Shown here one piece after another: positions 25,575-32,912 of a stretch of 34,685 nt of DNA (its first letter is position 1; each line of letters starts with the position of its first letter). The notes beneath the pieces are model-generated. The model worked only from the letters and a program-made list of their open reading frames with translations. It had not been told where the DNA came from and searched no databases. Source of the stretch: Myxococcota bacterium (GTDB taxonomy: Bacteria; Myxococcota_A; UBA9042; DTJE01). Where the stretch lies: contig JAGOFO010000008.1 in assembly GCA_017997155.1 (NCBI GenBank), positions 1 to 34,685 on the forward strand, written 5' to 3'. The position numbers and the translations under genes were made by a program.

Positions 25575-27401
25575 CTAGAAGTAGTACCAGATGGAACTGT
25601 AGTCCGACGGCTTCTCGCCGACAGCGTTCAGGCGTTTCAGGTAGTCGAGAATGGGCACGTCCTCGCCGACCCAGGTTCTGCTGGGGGCGATTTTCTTCTC
25701 CCACGGATGGAACTCGTAAACCCTGGCGCCGTTCGGTCGGACCGAGATCAGGTCACGGTGTTGCGGGGAATTCAGGTAGTTCTTGCCCAGCCCAGGCACG
25801 TTGTAGACCGCTTCATCGGTTCTGGCCAGTCCTGGAAGCAGACGTGCCTCCTCCTTCTGTTCCTGAAGGATCCTGGCGATCGGCACGCGGTAGTCCACGG
25901 TCTCCTGTTTGCCCTTGGGATAAAACGTGTAGTACGGGTCGACCCCGCAGCGCCGCAGCAGACGCCGCAGTGCTGCCGCCTCGAAGCGACGCGAAACGAA
26001 GAACGTGTAGACGAGCTGGTTGTAGACCGGAATCCCCTGGCGCCTGAGCAGGTCAATCGCCTTGACGAAGTCAGGGGTGATTTCGGTCGGATGCTGGGCG
26101 TGCGTGACAACGCAGATCTCCCTGACGCCCGGCACGCGGTATGACCCGAGAAGCGTCGCAAGCTCGGGAGTGATTCGCATCGGCATCGTCAGCGGGGTTC
26201 TGGTTCCAATCCTGATGCGTTCGACATGGGGCATCGCCGCGATCCTGTCCAGAATGCGCTTGATGGCGCTATCGGTCATCATCAGCGGATCGCCGCCGGT
26301 CACCAGGACCTCCTGAAGTCCTGGATGATCTCCGAGCCAGTCCAGCGCGGCCTTGACGCGATCGCTTCCAACGATGGCCTGCTCGGAAAGAGGCTGACCA
26401 ATTTCCCAGTTGCGCTGGCAGTACACGCATATCTGCGGGCACGAGTTCCAGGGTTTCATTATGGCTATGGCCGCGTATCTTCTGGTGACCAGATCGACCG
26501 GGGAAGTGTCCGACTCAAGCATGTAATCCGACGGTCCGCATCCCACTCCATCCGCCTTGAACGCGTCGATGTAGCTTTCCGGCGGGATGACCTGTGCCCG
26601 CAAAGCCGCATCGCGGCCGCCGGTTGTCCGGTCGTCAAAAAGCGAGGCGTAGTAAGGGGTGACTGCCATGGGAATCCTGTGTTCCCTGGCGCGGGAAATG
26701 CGTTTTATCTCGGAGGCGGAGAGACTGGCCATCGCGGCAAGTGTCGTTTCATTGGTCGCAAGATGTCTCATCTGCCAGCGCCAGTTAAGGAATTCCTCTG
26801 GTCCGGCCCCCAGTTCCGAAGCGATTCGTCCGGCGGCGATACCTCGCCGCTCAATCATCACTGGATCGAGCCCGCCCGCGAACCTGCCCATCGCGGCGTT
26901 CATCTGATCCGCCAGCCGATCGAGTTCGTCCGATCTGACCGTGGCCGCCTCGCGACCGGTCAGACTGGCCGAAGCCGGCAGCGCGTCCGAGCCGTGCAAC
27001 CTGACCTTCCCCTCGATTCCGCGAACTAGATGACAGATTTCGGCCCAGAAACCGTCGGTCAGATCCGGCCGATCGAGTCCCGCAGAGGCATCGATCAGCG
27101 CTTGAAGCACGCTGAAGCCGGCCAGACTCTCGCTGCGGGGATGCAGTATTCCGCGCCAGGCCCTGGCGCAGTCGCGCACTACAACGCGATCCAGGTCATG
27201 CATATCGTCGGTTGAACTGTACGTCTCGAAGTGCTTGAGATTGACGCGATCCAGAATGCGCCGTCGGATGGTCTCGGAGTCACCGGGTGAGGCAAAGAGC
27301 GCGAGCCATTCGGACGCCTCGTTAAAAAAGCGTCCGGCATCCCAGCGGTCGGCGAATTCTGTGGCGGATTCTCGCATTCCGTTGTGGTGTTTCGATGTCA
27401 T
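25575..27401 (-). CDS. KamA-family radical SAM aminomutase-like protein with ~200-aa N-terminal extension
   Basis: Start ATG 27401 is preceded by AAGGAG. KamA core motifs are FLNWRWQ, VTPYYASL, the radical SAM CxxxCxxC (CPQICVYC), VTGGDPLMM, a PYY segment and a putative PLP-lysine loop PGLGK. The longer ORF (to 27629) would overlap the upstream gene. Confidence 0.85.
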   Translation of the reverse strand: MTSKHHNGMRESATEFADRWDAGRFFNEASEWLALFASPGDSETIRRRILDRVNLKHFETYSSTDDMHDLDRVVVRDCARAWRGILHPRSESLAGFSVLQALIDASAGLDRPDLTDGFWAEICHLVRGIEGKVRLHGSDALPASASLTGREAATVRSDELDRLADQMNAAMGRFAGGLDPVMIERRGIAAGRIASELGAGPEEFLNWRWQMRHLATNETTLAAMASLSASEIKRISRAREHRIPMAVTPYYASLFDDRTTGGRDAALRAQVIPPESYIDAFKADGVGCGPSDYMLESDTSPVDLVTRRYAAIAIMKPWNSCPQICVYCQRNWEIGQPLSEQAIVGSDRVKAALDWLGDHPGLQEVLVTGGDPLMMTDSAIKRILDRIAAMPHVERIRIGTRTPLTMPMRITPELATLLGSYRVPGVREICVVTHAQHPTEITPDFVKAIDLLRRQGIPVYNQLVYTFFVSRRFEAAALRRLLRRCGVDPYYTFYPKGKQETVDYRVPIARILQEQKEEARLLPGLARTDEAVYNVPGLGKNYLNSPQHRDLISVRPNGARVYEFHPWEKKIAPSRTWVGEDVPILDYLKRLNAVGEKPSDYSSIWYYF

Positions 27402-27445
27402 CCTGCTCCTTGTAATGAGCTGTGTAGTCCGTCGGAACCAAACCC

Positions 27446-27475
27446 ATTTTTTCAGACGCATGGACTCTGTGTCAA
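27446..27475 (-). promoter_or_regulatory. Candidate promoter for the KamA-like gene (TTGACA - 18 nt - AAAAAT, minus strand)
   Basis: The minus strand reads TTGACA (plus 27470-27475), an 18-nt spacer, then AAAAAT (plus 27446-27451), within the 107-nt gap after the Cys-rich lipoprotein gene. Pattern only. Confidence 0.3.
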
Positions 27476-27508
27476 CAATAGTCTTCGAATTTGTTGGATT
27501 TCGGCGGG

Positions 27509-28936
27509 TTACCCGGGAGTGCACACGCCTTCGCCGGCAGTGGCGCCGACACAACTGAATGACCAGGGACACTCGGTATCGCGCAGGCACGGTGAGCCCG
27601 ATGACCCCGGAAACTGGCCGTCCAGACAATCTTCAGGACAGTTGCATCGGTTCTCTGGCGTCTCACAGGCCCCATCACCGCATTCGCTGCATGAACCGGC
27701 AGGCCTTTCGGTGTCGGTCACGCAGGTTCCGTCCGAATCCATGACCGCCCGCAATCTCACCAGTCCGGCACAGCACTGAAGGTATCCATCCTCGGGGAGC
27801 GGGTTGGTTCTGGTCACGCATCCCCGCCACCTGCCCGCACAGGTCATGGCCGGGTTTTCATGACATGTCCACAGCCCCTGGTCGCAGGAACAGAATGGGG
27901 TGCTCCTTCCGTCGGGGCATACCAGCATGCCATCGTCCATGGAATGGCAGGACGTGTCGCCGCACGTCTCGTCGATGGTCGCGCACGACCATGATGGCGC
28001 GCATACCGCCCATCCCAGGAATGAGCCGTCGGTCCCAATCCAGCCCTCGGATTTGCTGCCGATCTTCACGCACGCCGCGGCATGTCCCCGGCATCCGGCA
28101 TATTCGATCAGACCGCCGCCGCACGGGTCGTACCAGCCCTCGGACCTGGTGCCGATCTCGCGGCAAACCGGCCTGCATTTCGTCGGCTGGCATGTGCACC
28201 AGGGACGGTTTGTCCCATCGGGGCAGCCAATGTCTATATTCGTGGATGGTCCGCACAGAGTGGGACACTCTTCCTCGATGTGTTTCATGTAGGTGACACC
28301 GGCATCCGAGCAGCGCCCAAATGCTATGATGGTGCCGTCCGGACATCCGTAATCGAGATCCTCGAAGGACAGGCACCCGCAAACACAGTCACCCGAGTCG
28401 GTGCACGTCGGATCAGGACACAGGAAACCACCAAGATCGGCACAGTCGGCGGCGCTGGCACATTCGCGACAGCGGCACAAGGGGCATCCGGCCGGGTCCG
28501 TTCTGTATCCGGATGGGCAGACAATATTGCATTCGGTGTCGGCGCACTCCATCGTGTCCAATGGTGAACTGCTGTCCTCGTCGTGGATCTCGAGGACGTC
28601 CCGGTTCTGGATCGCGTCGACCGATGCGTCGTCATAGCCATCGTCCTTTACGTCGTAAAAGGTTTCAGGCGTTGAGTCAGCGGCAACGGTGTCCCCGGGT
28701 ATATCCAGTGGGAATGGGGGCCCGTCCAACGTCTCACTGATGGCGTCGGAATGTAAAATCTCAAATGTGTCCCGATCGAAATCTTCCGATGCGACCAGGT
28801 CTGCGGCGATTGTGTCGGACGTCAGGGAGTCGCTTATGTCGGCATGTGTCCGGTCCGGCCGCTCGTCACGGCTGCCGCAGCCGGCCATGGTCATCACGCC
28901 CGCCAGCAGAACTATTGATATCCAGTAGCCGCGCAT
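27509..28936 (-). CDS. Cysteine-rich exported lipoprotein with acidic tether, antistasin-like module and internal repeats
   Basis: ATG 28936 (after GGAAAGG) gives MRGYWISIVLLAGVMTMAGC, a signal peptide plus lipobox; ATG 28951 is an alternative start. A ~110-aa D/E/S/T-rich Cys-free linker is followed by ~340 aa with about 48 Cys by my count. Modules: CNIVCPSGYRTDPAGCPLCRC; CPDG(T/R) three times; IG(T/S)(R/K)SEGW twice; CGDGACETPENRCNCPEDC. Confidence 0.7.
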   Translation of the reverse strand: MRGYWISIVLLAGVMTMAGCGSRDERPDRTHADISDSLTSDTIAADLVASEDFDRDTFEILHSDAISETLDGPPFPLDIPGDTVAADSTPETFYDVKDDGYDDASVDAIQNRDVLEIHDEDSSSPLDTMECADTECNIVCPSGYRTDPAGCPLCRCRECASAADCADLGGFLCPDPTCTDSGDCVCGCLSFEDLDYGCPDGTIIAFGRCSDAGVTYMKHIEEECPTLCGPSTNIDIGCPDGTNRPWCTCQPTKCRPVCREIGTRSEGWYDPCGGGLIEYAGCRGHAAACVKIGSKSEGWIGTDGSFLGWAVCAPSWSCATIDETCGDTSCHSMDDGMLVCPDGRSTPFCSCDQGLWTCHENPAMTCAGRWRGCVTRTNPLPEDGYLQCCAGLVRLRAVMDSDGTCVTDTERPAGSCSECGDGACETPENRCNCPEDCLDGQFPGSSGSPCLRDTECPWSFSCVGATAGEGVCTPG

Positions 28937-29007
28937 CGTGAACCTTTCCATCCCGGTGGATTAATGCCCAGATGATAGTCGGATCGATGAAGGAATTGGA
29001 ACCGGTC

Positions 29008-29214
29008 TCATTCAACAGGTGTTTTCTGCGCGAAATTCTCCCTGTTGCGCCTGCCCTCGGGGCATCTGAAGCAGGCTCGGCGCCGTCTCTGGTAGACGTC
29101 CGCGTCCACGAAGTCCGAGAGACACTTGTCCAGCGATACGACCATCCGTCGACTGCGGCATTCGAAGGTGTCGTGCAGGCCCAGTTCTGCGGCTTTCTGG
29201 CAGGAGGTCTTCAT
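29008..29214 (-). CDS. Small (68-aa) basic Cys-containing protein, possible zinc-binding or regulatory protein
   Basis: ATG 29214 lies 6 nt after GAGGG. Sequence is MKTSCQKAAELGLHDTFECRSRRMVVSLDKCLSDFVDADVYQRRRRACFRCPEGRRNRENFAQKTPVE, with 5 Cys including a CxxC. By hand count 51 of 68 codons end in G/C, as expected for real genes here. The ORF opens at 29265. Confidence 0.55.
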   Translation of the reverse strand: MKTSCQKAAELGLHDTFECRSRRMVVSLDKCLSDFVDADVYQRRRRACFRCPEGRRNRENFAQKTPVE

Positions 29215-29325
29215 AACGAACCCTCGTTCAAGGATGACTTGTCTATGAATAGTCGGATCGCTCACGTATTCGTGGAATTGGTGACTGTGCTGAAATTCGG
29301 GCAGGAGCCTTGCCCTATGAATGGG

Positions 29326-29340
29326 TAGGAAAATTTCCTA
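29326..29340. promoter_or_regulatory. Palindrome TAGGAAA-a-TTTCCTA overlapping the response-regulator stop codon
   Basis: 15-nt perfect palindrome around a single central base at 29326-29340. It lies in the 123-nt gap upstream of the small Cys protein gene. The loop is too short for a hairpin, so a dimeric-protein binding site is more likely. Function unproven. Confidence 0.2.
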
Positions 29341-30048
29341 GGCGATGTTCAATTCCTGTACCCAGAGCACCGCCCGCCTGAGCAGTTCCTGGGCGTCGGG
29401 AATGTTCAGTTTCTTTTTGATGTTCTCGCGGTGCGCGTCTATGGTCTTGACGCTGAGATTCAGTTCACCCGCGATCTGGCGCGACGACATTCCCCTGCCG
29501 AGCAGTTCGAAAACCACCAGTTCGCGGTCGGTCAGTCTGTCCATGGGCAGTCGGTCGTCGCCCCGGCCCTGACCGGCGATGGCAGCCAGAAACTTCTGGG
29601 AGATCTCGGGACTGAAGAAGAAACGACCAGCGGCAATCTCGCGTACACCCTGTATCACGCGCGCGGCGCCATGATCCTTCATGACGAAACCGCGCGCGCC
29701 CGCGCGCAGCGCCCTCTCGGCGAACAGATTTTCATCGTGAACCGTGAGGATCAGAAAAGCGGCGTCCGGATTCACCGCCCGTATGTCCTTGAGCGTGTCG
29801 AGTCCCGAGCGTCCCCTAAGCGAAAGATCCAGAATAATCACGTCTGGAGCGGCCGACCCCAGAATCGCAAGCGCGTCCCCGGCGCATGCCGCGCCCCCGG
29901 CAAATATCATATCTTCCTCGGCCCCGATTAACTGTTCCAGGCCCTGGCGAAAGATTTCATGGTCATCAACGACCATGACTCGAATGGCTCCCCCTTCGTG
30001 CTTCGCGCAAGACCTGTCCGGCCGAACGAACCTGTCGGATGTTACCAT
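29338..30048 (-). CDS. NarL/FixJ(LuxR)-family response regulator, no adjacent histidine kinase
   Basis: Receiver domain (IRVMVVDDHEIF, DVIILDLSL, FLILTVHD, GFVMKD) plus a LuxR-type HTH (LTDRELVVFELLGRGMSSRQIAGELNLSVKTIDAHRENIKKKL). Start is ATG 30048 or GTG 30051. About 20 residues precede the receiver domain. Confidence 0.88.
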   Translation of the reverse strand: MVTSDRFVRPDRSCAKHEGGAIRVMVVDDHEIFRQGLEQLIGAEEDMIFAGGAACAGDALAILGSAAPDVIILDLSLRGRSGLDTLKDIRAVNPDAAFLILTVHDENLFAERALRAGARGFVMKDHGAARVIQGVREIAAGRFFFSPEISQKFLAAIAGQGRGDDRLPMDRLTDRELVVFELLGRGMSSRQIAGELNLSVKTIDAHRENIKKKLNIPDAQELLRRAVLWVQELNIA

Positions 30049-30186
30049 CACGGCCCCCCGGATCGTCTGTCTGACCGGTTCATACTATTCCAAAGCGGAA
30101 AAATCGGAAACAGGCAAATCAGGCGGGCCGGGATTGGCTTGCGTGAAGTCGGACTTCAAACGATGATTTCCAGCTAAGGAGTCGTG

Positions 30187-31083
30187 ATGGAATCGATGCA
30201 GCCCGACATGTTTGAACTTGTGGTCGTGGGACCAGCCTTTTTCGAGGCTTTTGTTCCATCGATCCCGTTTCCGCCTCCGGGTGAGGAGGCGTTCGTCGAC
30301 GAGATAGGCCTGGGTCTGGGGGGCGCCCTGAATGCCGCGAGCGTGGCTGCGGCGCTCGGAATCAGGACCGCGTTCATGCATCCCCGCACCGGCTGGGAAG
30401 TCGATTCGATGGTCGCGCACTGCTGCAAGGTCACCGGGATTATCGACATGCCGTGGGGCGATGGCGGTCGCCCATTTGTTTCACTGGTCAGGTCGGACAG
30501 CCGGAACAGATCGTTTCTGAGCTGCGCCGACTGGAGCCTGTTCGATGCCTGTCCGTCGATTCCGCCGACGCTTCACGTCCATGCGGGAGGCCTTGTCGAA
30601 TTCGATTTGATTCGTGGCACGCTGGAAAGGGCTCGCGCCCGGGGTGCGATGGTCAGTACATGCGCGGGATGGAATCCTCCGGTTCTCGCCCGATTAGCGC
30701 GCGAGCACTCCTGTCCGCTGGACATCCTTTTCATGAATTCCGACGAGGCCACGTGCATGTGCGGAGATACCGCCCGCGCCCTTGAGTTTCTTCCCGGAAG
30801 GGTCGCTGGCCGGATTGTGATAACGCTCGGAGCCGACGGTGCCGTGGCGTCGTCCGGCAACGACGTGGTACGGCATCCCGCGCCCACCGTAGATGTCGTG
30901 GACACAACCGGGGCCGGAGACGCCTTCGCCGCGGCGTGGATTGCCTCGATGATCCGGGCGCGACGCATGGACGTCCCCCCGGACGCGGTCGAGGCGTTGA
31001 AACTGGCGTGCGATGTCGCTTCCCGTGTGGTCGGAATAAGGGGCGGTGTCGTGATGTCGCGGGATCAGGTGACTTCCAGGTAG
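30187..31083 (+). CDS. PfkB-family carbohydrate/nucleoside kinase
   Basis: ATG 30187 lies 5 nt after AAGGAG. Contains the C-terminal PfkB signature DTTGAGDAFAAAW and a ribokinase-like N-terminus (VVVGPAFFE...GLGGALNAA). Substrate unknown. Confidence 0.85.
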   Translation: MESMQPDMFELVVVGPAFFEAFVPSIPFPPPGEEAFVDEIGLGLGGALNAASVAAALGIRTAFMHPRTGWEVDSMVAHCCKVTGIIDMPWGDGGRPFVSLVRSDSRNRSFLSCADWSLFDACPSIPPTLHVHAGGLVEFDLIRGTLERARARGAMVSTCAGWNPPVLARLAREHSCPLDILFMNSDEATCMCGDTARALEFLPGRVAGRIVITLGADGAVASSGNDVVRHPAPTVDVVDTTGAGDAFAAAWIASMIRARRMDVPPDAVEALKLACDVASRVVGIRGGVVMSRDQVTSR

Positions 31084-31994
31084 CGTTGTTCCAGATCCTT
31101 GCCGCGTTTCACGCCACTGACGCTCGCGCCGGCCGCGATCGCTCCCGCCACGATGGCCGAGACAGCCTGGTCCGCCTCGCGGTCCACATTGGTCTCGAAC
31201 AGAACCTTCACCCCGGACCCGTCATGCAGCGCGGTCGCGCCGGTTACCCCTGCCAGGGCCTGGATGCGCTGAAGGATGGCCTCGTTCAGGTTTCCGATGG
31301 TCAGGACGACTTCCTGGTTGCGTGACGTCAGTTCGTCCATCGGGCCAGCCGACACGAGACGTCCATGGTTGATGATCGCCGCGTGAGTACACAGATCCTG
31401 GACCTCTGCCAGGTTGTGGCTGGACACGACAACGGTCGCGGTCCCGGCCAGTGCCCTGATCATCTGGCGAATCGTATACGCGTTTCTGGGGTCCAGTCCG
31501 GCGGTCGGTTCATCCAGAAGCACCAGGTCTGGACGGCCCAGGAATGCCTGCGCGATTCCGAAGCGTTTCATCATGCCGTGCGAAAGATGACCGCCCTTCA
31601 TTGACCCGGCGTTCGTCAGATCCACCTTTGCCAGGAGTTCTTCAGATTGTCTGGCCGCCTCGCTCGCGGTCAGTCCTCCCAGTGTTCCCAGAAAGATCAT
31701 GCTGTCGAACACCGTTCGATCCGGATAGAACTTCGCGTCCTGGGGAAGTGCCGAAAGCCGGCCCGAGGAGAAGGGGAATTCCTTGACCGGGAAGCCGAGA
31801 ACCGTCACCGAACCTTCTGTCGGCCGGACGAATCCGCAAATCATGGAGAACGTCGTCGTCTTGCCCGCGCCGTTCGGGCCGAGCAGTCCGAAGATGGAAC
31901 CGGTCGGCACCTCAAGGTTCAGATTGTCGACGGCGACGAGGCTGCCGAACCGTCTCGTCAAAGAGGTCGTGACCACCGCAAGTGACTCTTTCAT
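31065..31994 (-). CDS. ABC transporter ATP-binding protein (ABC-2 type system)
   Basis: ATG 31994 follows AGGAGGG and overlaps the permease stop (ATGA). Walker A GPNGAGKTT, signature variant LSHGMMKR, Walker B LVLLDEPTAGLD and H-loop VVSSHNL. The ORF track's 122-aa N-terminal extension lies inside the permease gene and is rejected. Confidence 0.9.
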   Translation of the reverse strand: MKESLAVVTTSLTRRFGSLVAVDNLNLEVPTGSIFGLLGPNGAGKTTTFSMICGFVRPTEGSVTVLGFPVKEFPFSSGRLSALPQDAKFYPDRTVFDSMIFLGTLGGLTASEAARQSEELLAKVDLTNAGSMKGGHLSHGMMKRFGIAQAFLGRPDLVLLDEPTAGLDPRNAYTIRQMIRALAGTATVVVSSHNLAEVQDLCTHAAIINHGRLVSAGPMDELTSRNQEVVLTIGNLNEAILQRIQALAGVTGATALHDGSGVKVLFETNVDREADQAVSAIVAGAIAAGASVSGVKRGKDLEQRYLEVT

Positions 31995-32812
31995 ACGTCC
32001 CTCCTGACGATTCGCTGCCACGCCGCGGCGAAGAACAGAAGCCCGAATCCGAGGTATGCGCCCAGTCCGGTGATGATGTTCGCCGCGTGCGGGTACCAGA
32101 GCTTGTATCGGTACCACGATGGAGAAATCCAGCCGATGGAGTCGATTCCGCCGATGATCGACAAGGTGATCAGGCAGGCGAAGGTTACCAGAACGGTCAC
32201 GGCCGCACCGTCGACCAGGGACGAGACCAGGGCGGTCAGTCCCAGGTAACAGAAGCCGAAGACGATCGTGTAGCCCATGAAGACCAGTGCCTGGGGAATG
32301 GCCGCCCCCACGTCGAATCCGGTGAGTCTGATCGAAACGTAGGCCAGGAACACGATCCACGAAAGAATGGCCGGCACGATCAGCAGAACCAGGTGTGACA
32401 TGACCTTGCCCAGGACGAGGGAGGTGCGCGAAGCCCTGAGCAGCACGAATCGCGCGGCCCTGGTGCGGATCTCACGGTTGAGCACGTCCGAGCTGATCAC
32501 GGCGATGAGCATTGGAAGGAACGTCTGCGTCAGCCAGAAGAACGCCATGACCGCGAAAGGAATCGAGGCCAGATAGTCCACAAGCGAACTGTCCTGACCA
32601 AGCTTAGTTGTCAGAAGTTGCTTTATCTCGTCCCTGGAGCCGTTCAGTTGTTCTGTCACGCCAGGTTCAGCGGTTACCTTGTTCTGAATGAAGGTCCAGA
32701 TCACGGCGACCAGCAGCGCGAGGCCGACGTACACGACGATGCTGATGAAAGCCTTCTTCGTCTTGAGGGCCGTCACCAGGTCGAAGCCCGCGATTCGGAA
32801 CGCCTGGTTCAT
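31991..32812 (-). CDS. ABC-2 family transporter permease
   Basis: About six hydrophobic spans with a large first loop, typical of ABC-2 permeases, and translational coupling to the ATPase. Start is ATG 32812. ATG 32860 is disfavoured because it sits inside a promoter-like TGCTAGAAT element and lacks an SD. Confidence 0.75.
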   Translation of the reverse strand: MNQAFRIAGFDLVTALKTKKAFISIVVYVGLALLVAVIWTFIQNKVTAEPGVTEQLNGSRDEIKQLLTTKLGQDSSLVDYLASIPFAVMAFFWLTQTFLPMLIAVISSDVLNREIRTRAARFVLLRASRTSLVLGKVMSHLVLLIVPAILSWIVFLAYVSIRLTGFDVGAAIPQALVFMGYTIVFGFCYLGLTALVSSLVDGAAVTVLVTFACLITLSIIGGIDSIGWISPSWYRYKLWYPHAANIITGLGAYLGFGLLFFAAAWQRIVRRDV

Positions 32813-32845
32813 TGTTGTGTTCAAATCGTTGTACCTCGGAAGACG

Positions 32846-32859
32846 CGCGGATTCTAGCA
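32846..32859 (-). promoter_or_regulatory. Extended -10-like element TGCTAGAATCCGCG (minus strand), copy 1
   Basis: The minus strand reads TG-C-TAGAAT followed by a GC-rich discriminator. It lies ~35 nt upstream of permease ATG 32812. The identical 14-mer recurs at 34327-34340. Confidence 0.3.
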
Positions 32860-32912
32860 TAGTGCCGATGAACCGGTGACTTTCTGTGCCTGGTCGGATG
32901 GTGGGGGACGGG

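Noticed and set aside
27402-27629. N-terminal 76-codon extension of the KamA-like ORF.
   Set aside because: It would overlap the 3' end of the Cys-rich lipoprotein gene by 121 nt. It is Arg-rich and lacks an SD, whereas ATG 27401 has AAGGAG.
28972-29328. 118-aa plus-strand ORF between the Cys-rich lipoprotein gene and the response regulator.
   Set aside because: It is antisense to a shorter ORF that has a proper SD and high third-position G/C. The plus-strand product has no motifs, no SD that I can see, and would be convergent or overlapping with both neighbours.
31995-32360. 122-codon N-terminal extension of the ABC ATPase ORF.
   Set aside because: It lies entirely inside the ABC-2 permease gene in another frame. 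The translation is Arg/Gly/His-rich nonsense, and the internal ATG 31994 has AGGAGGG and an ATGA coupling overlap.
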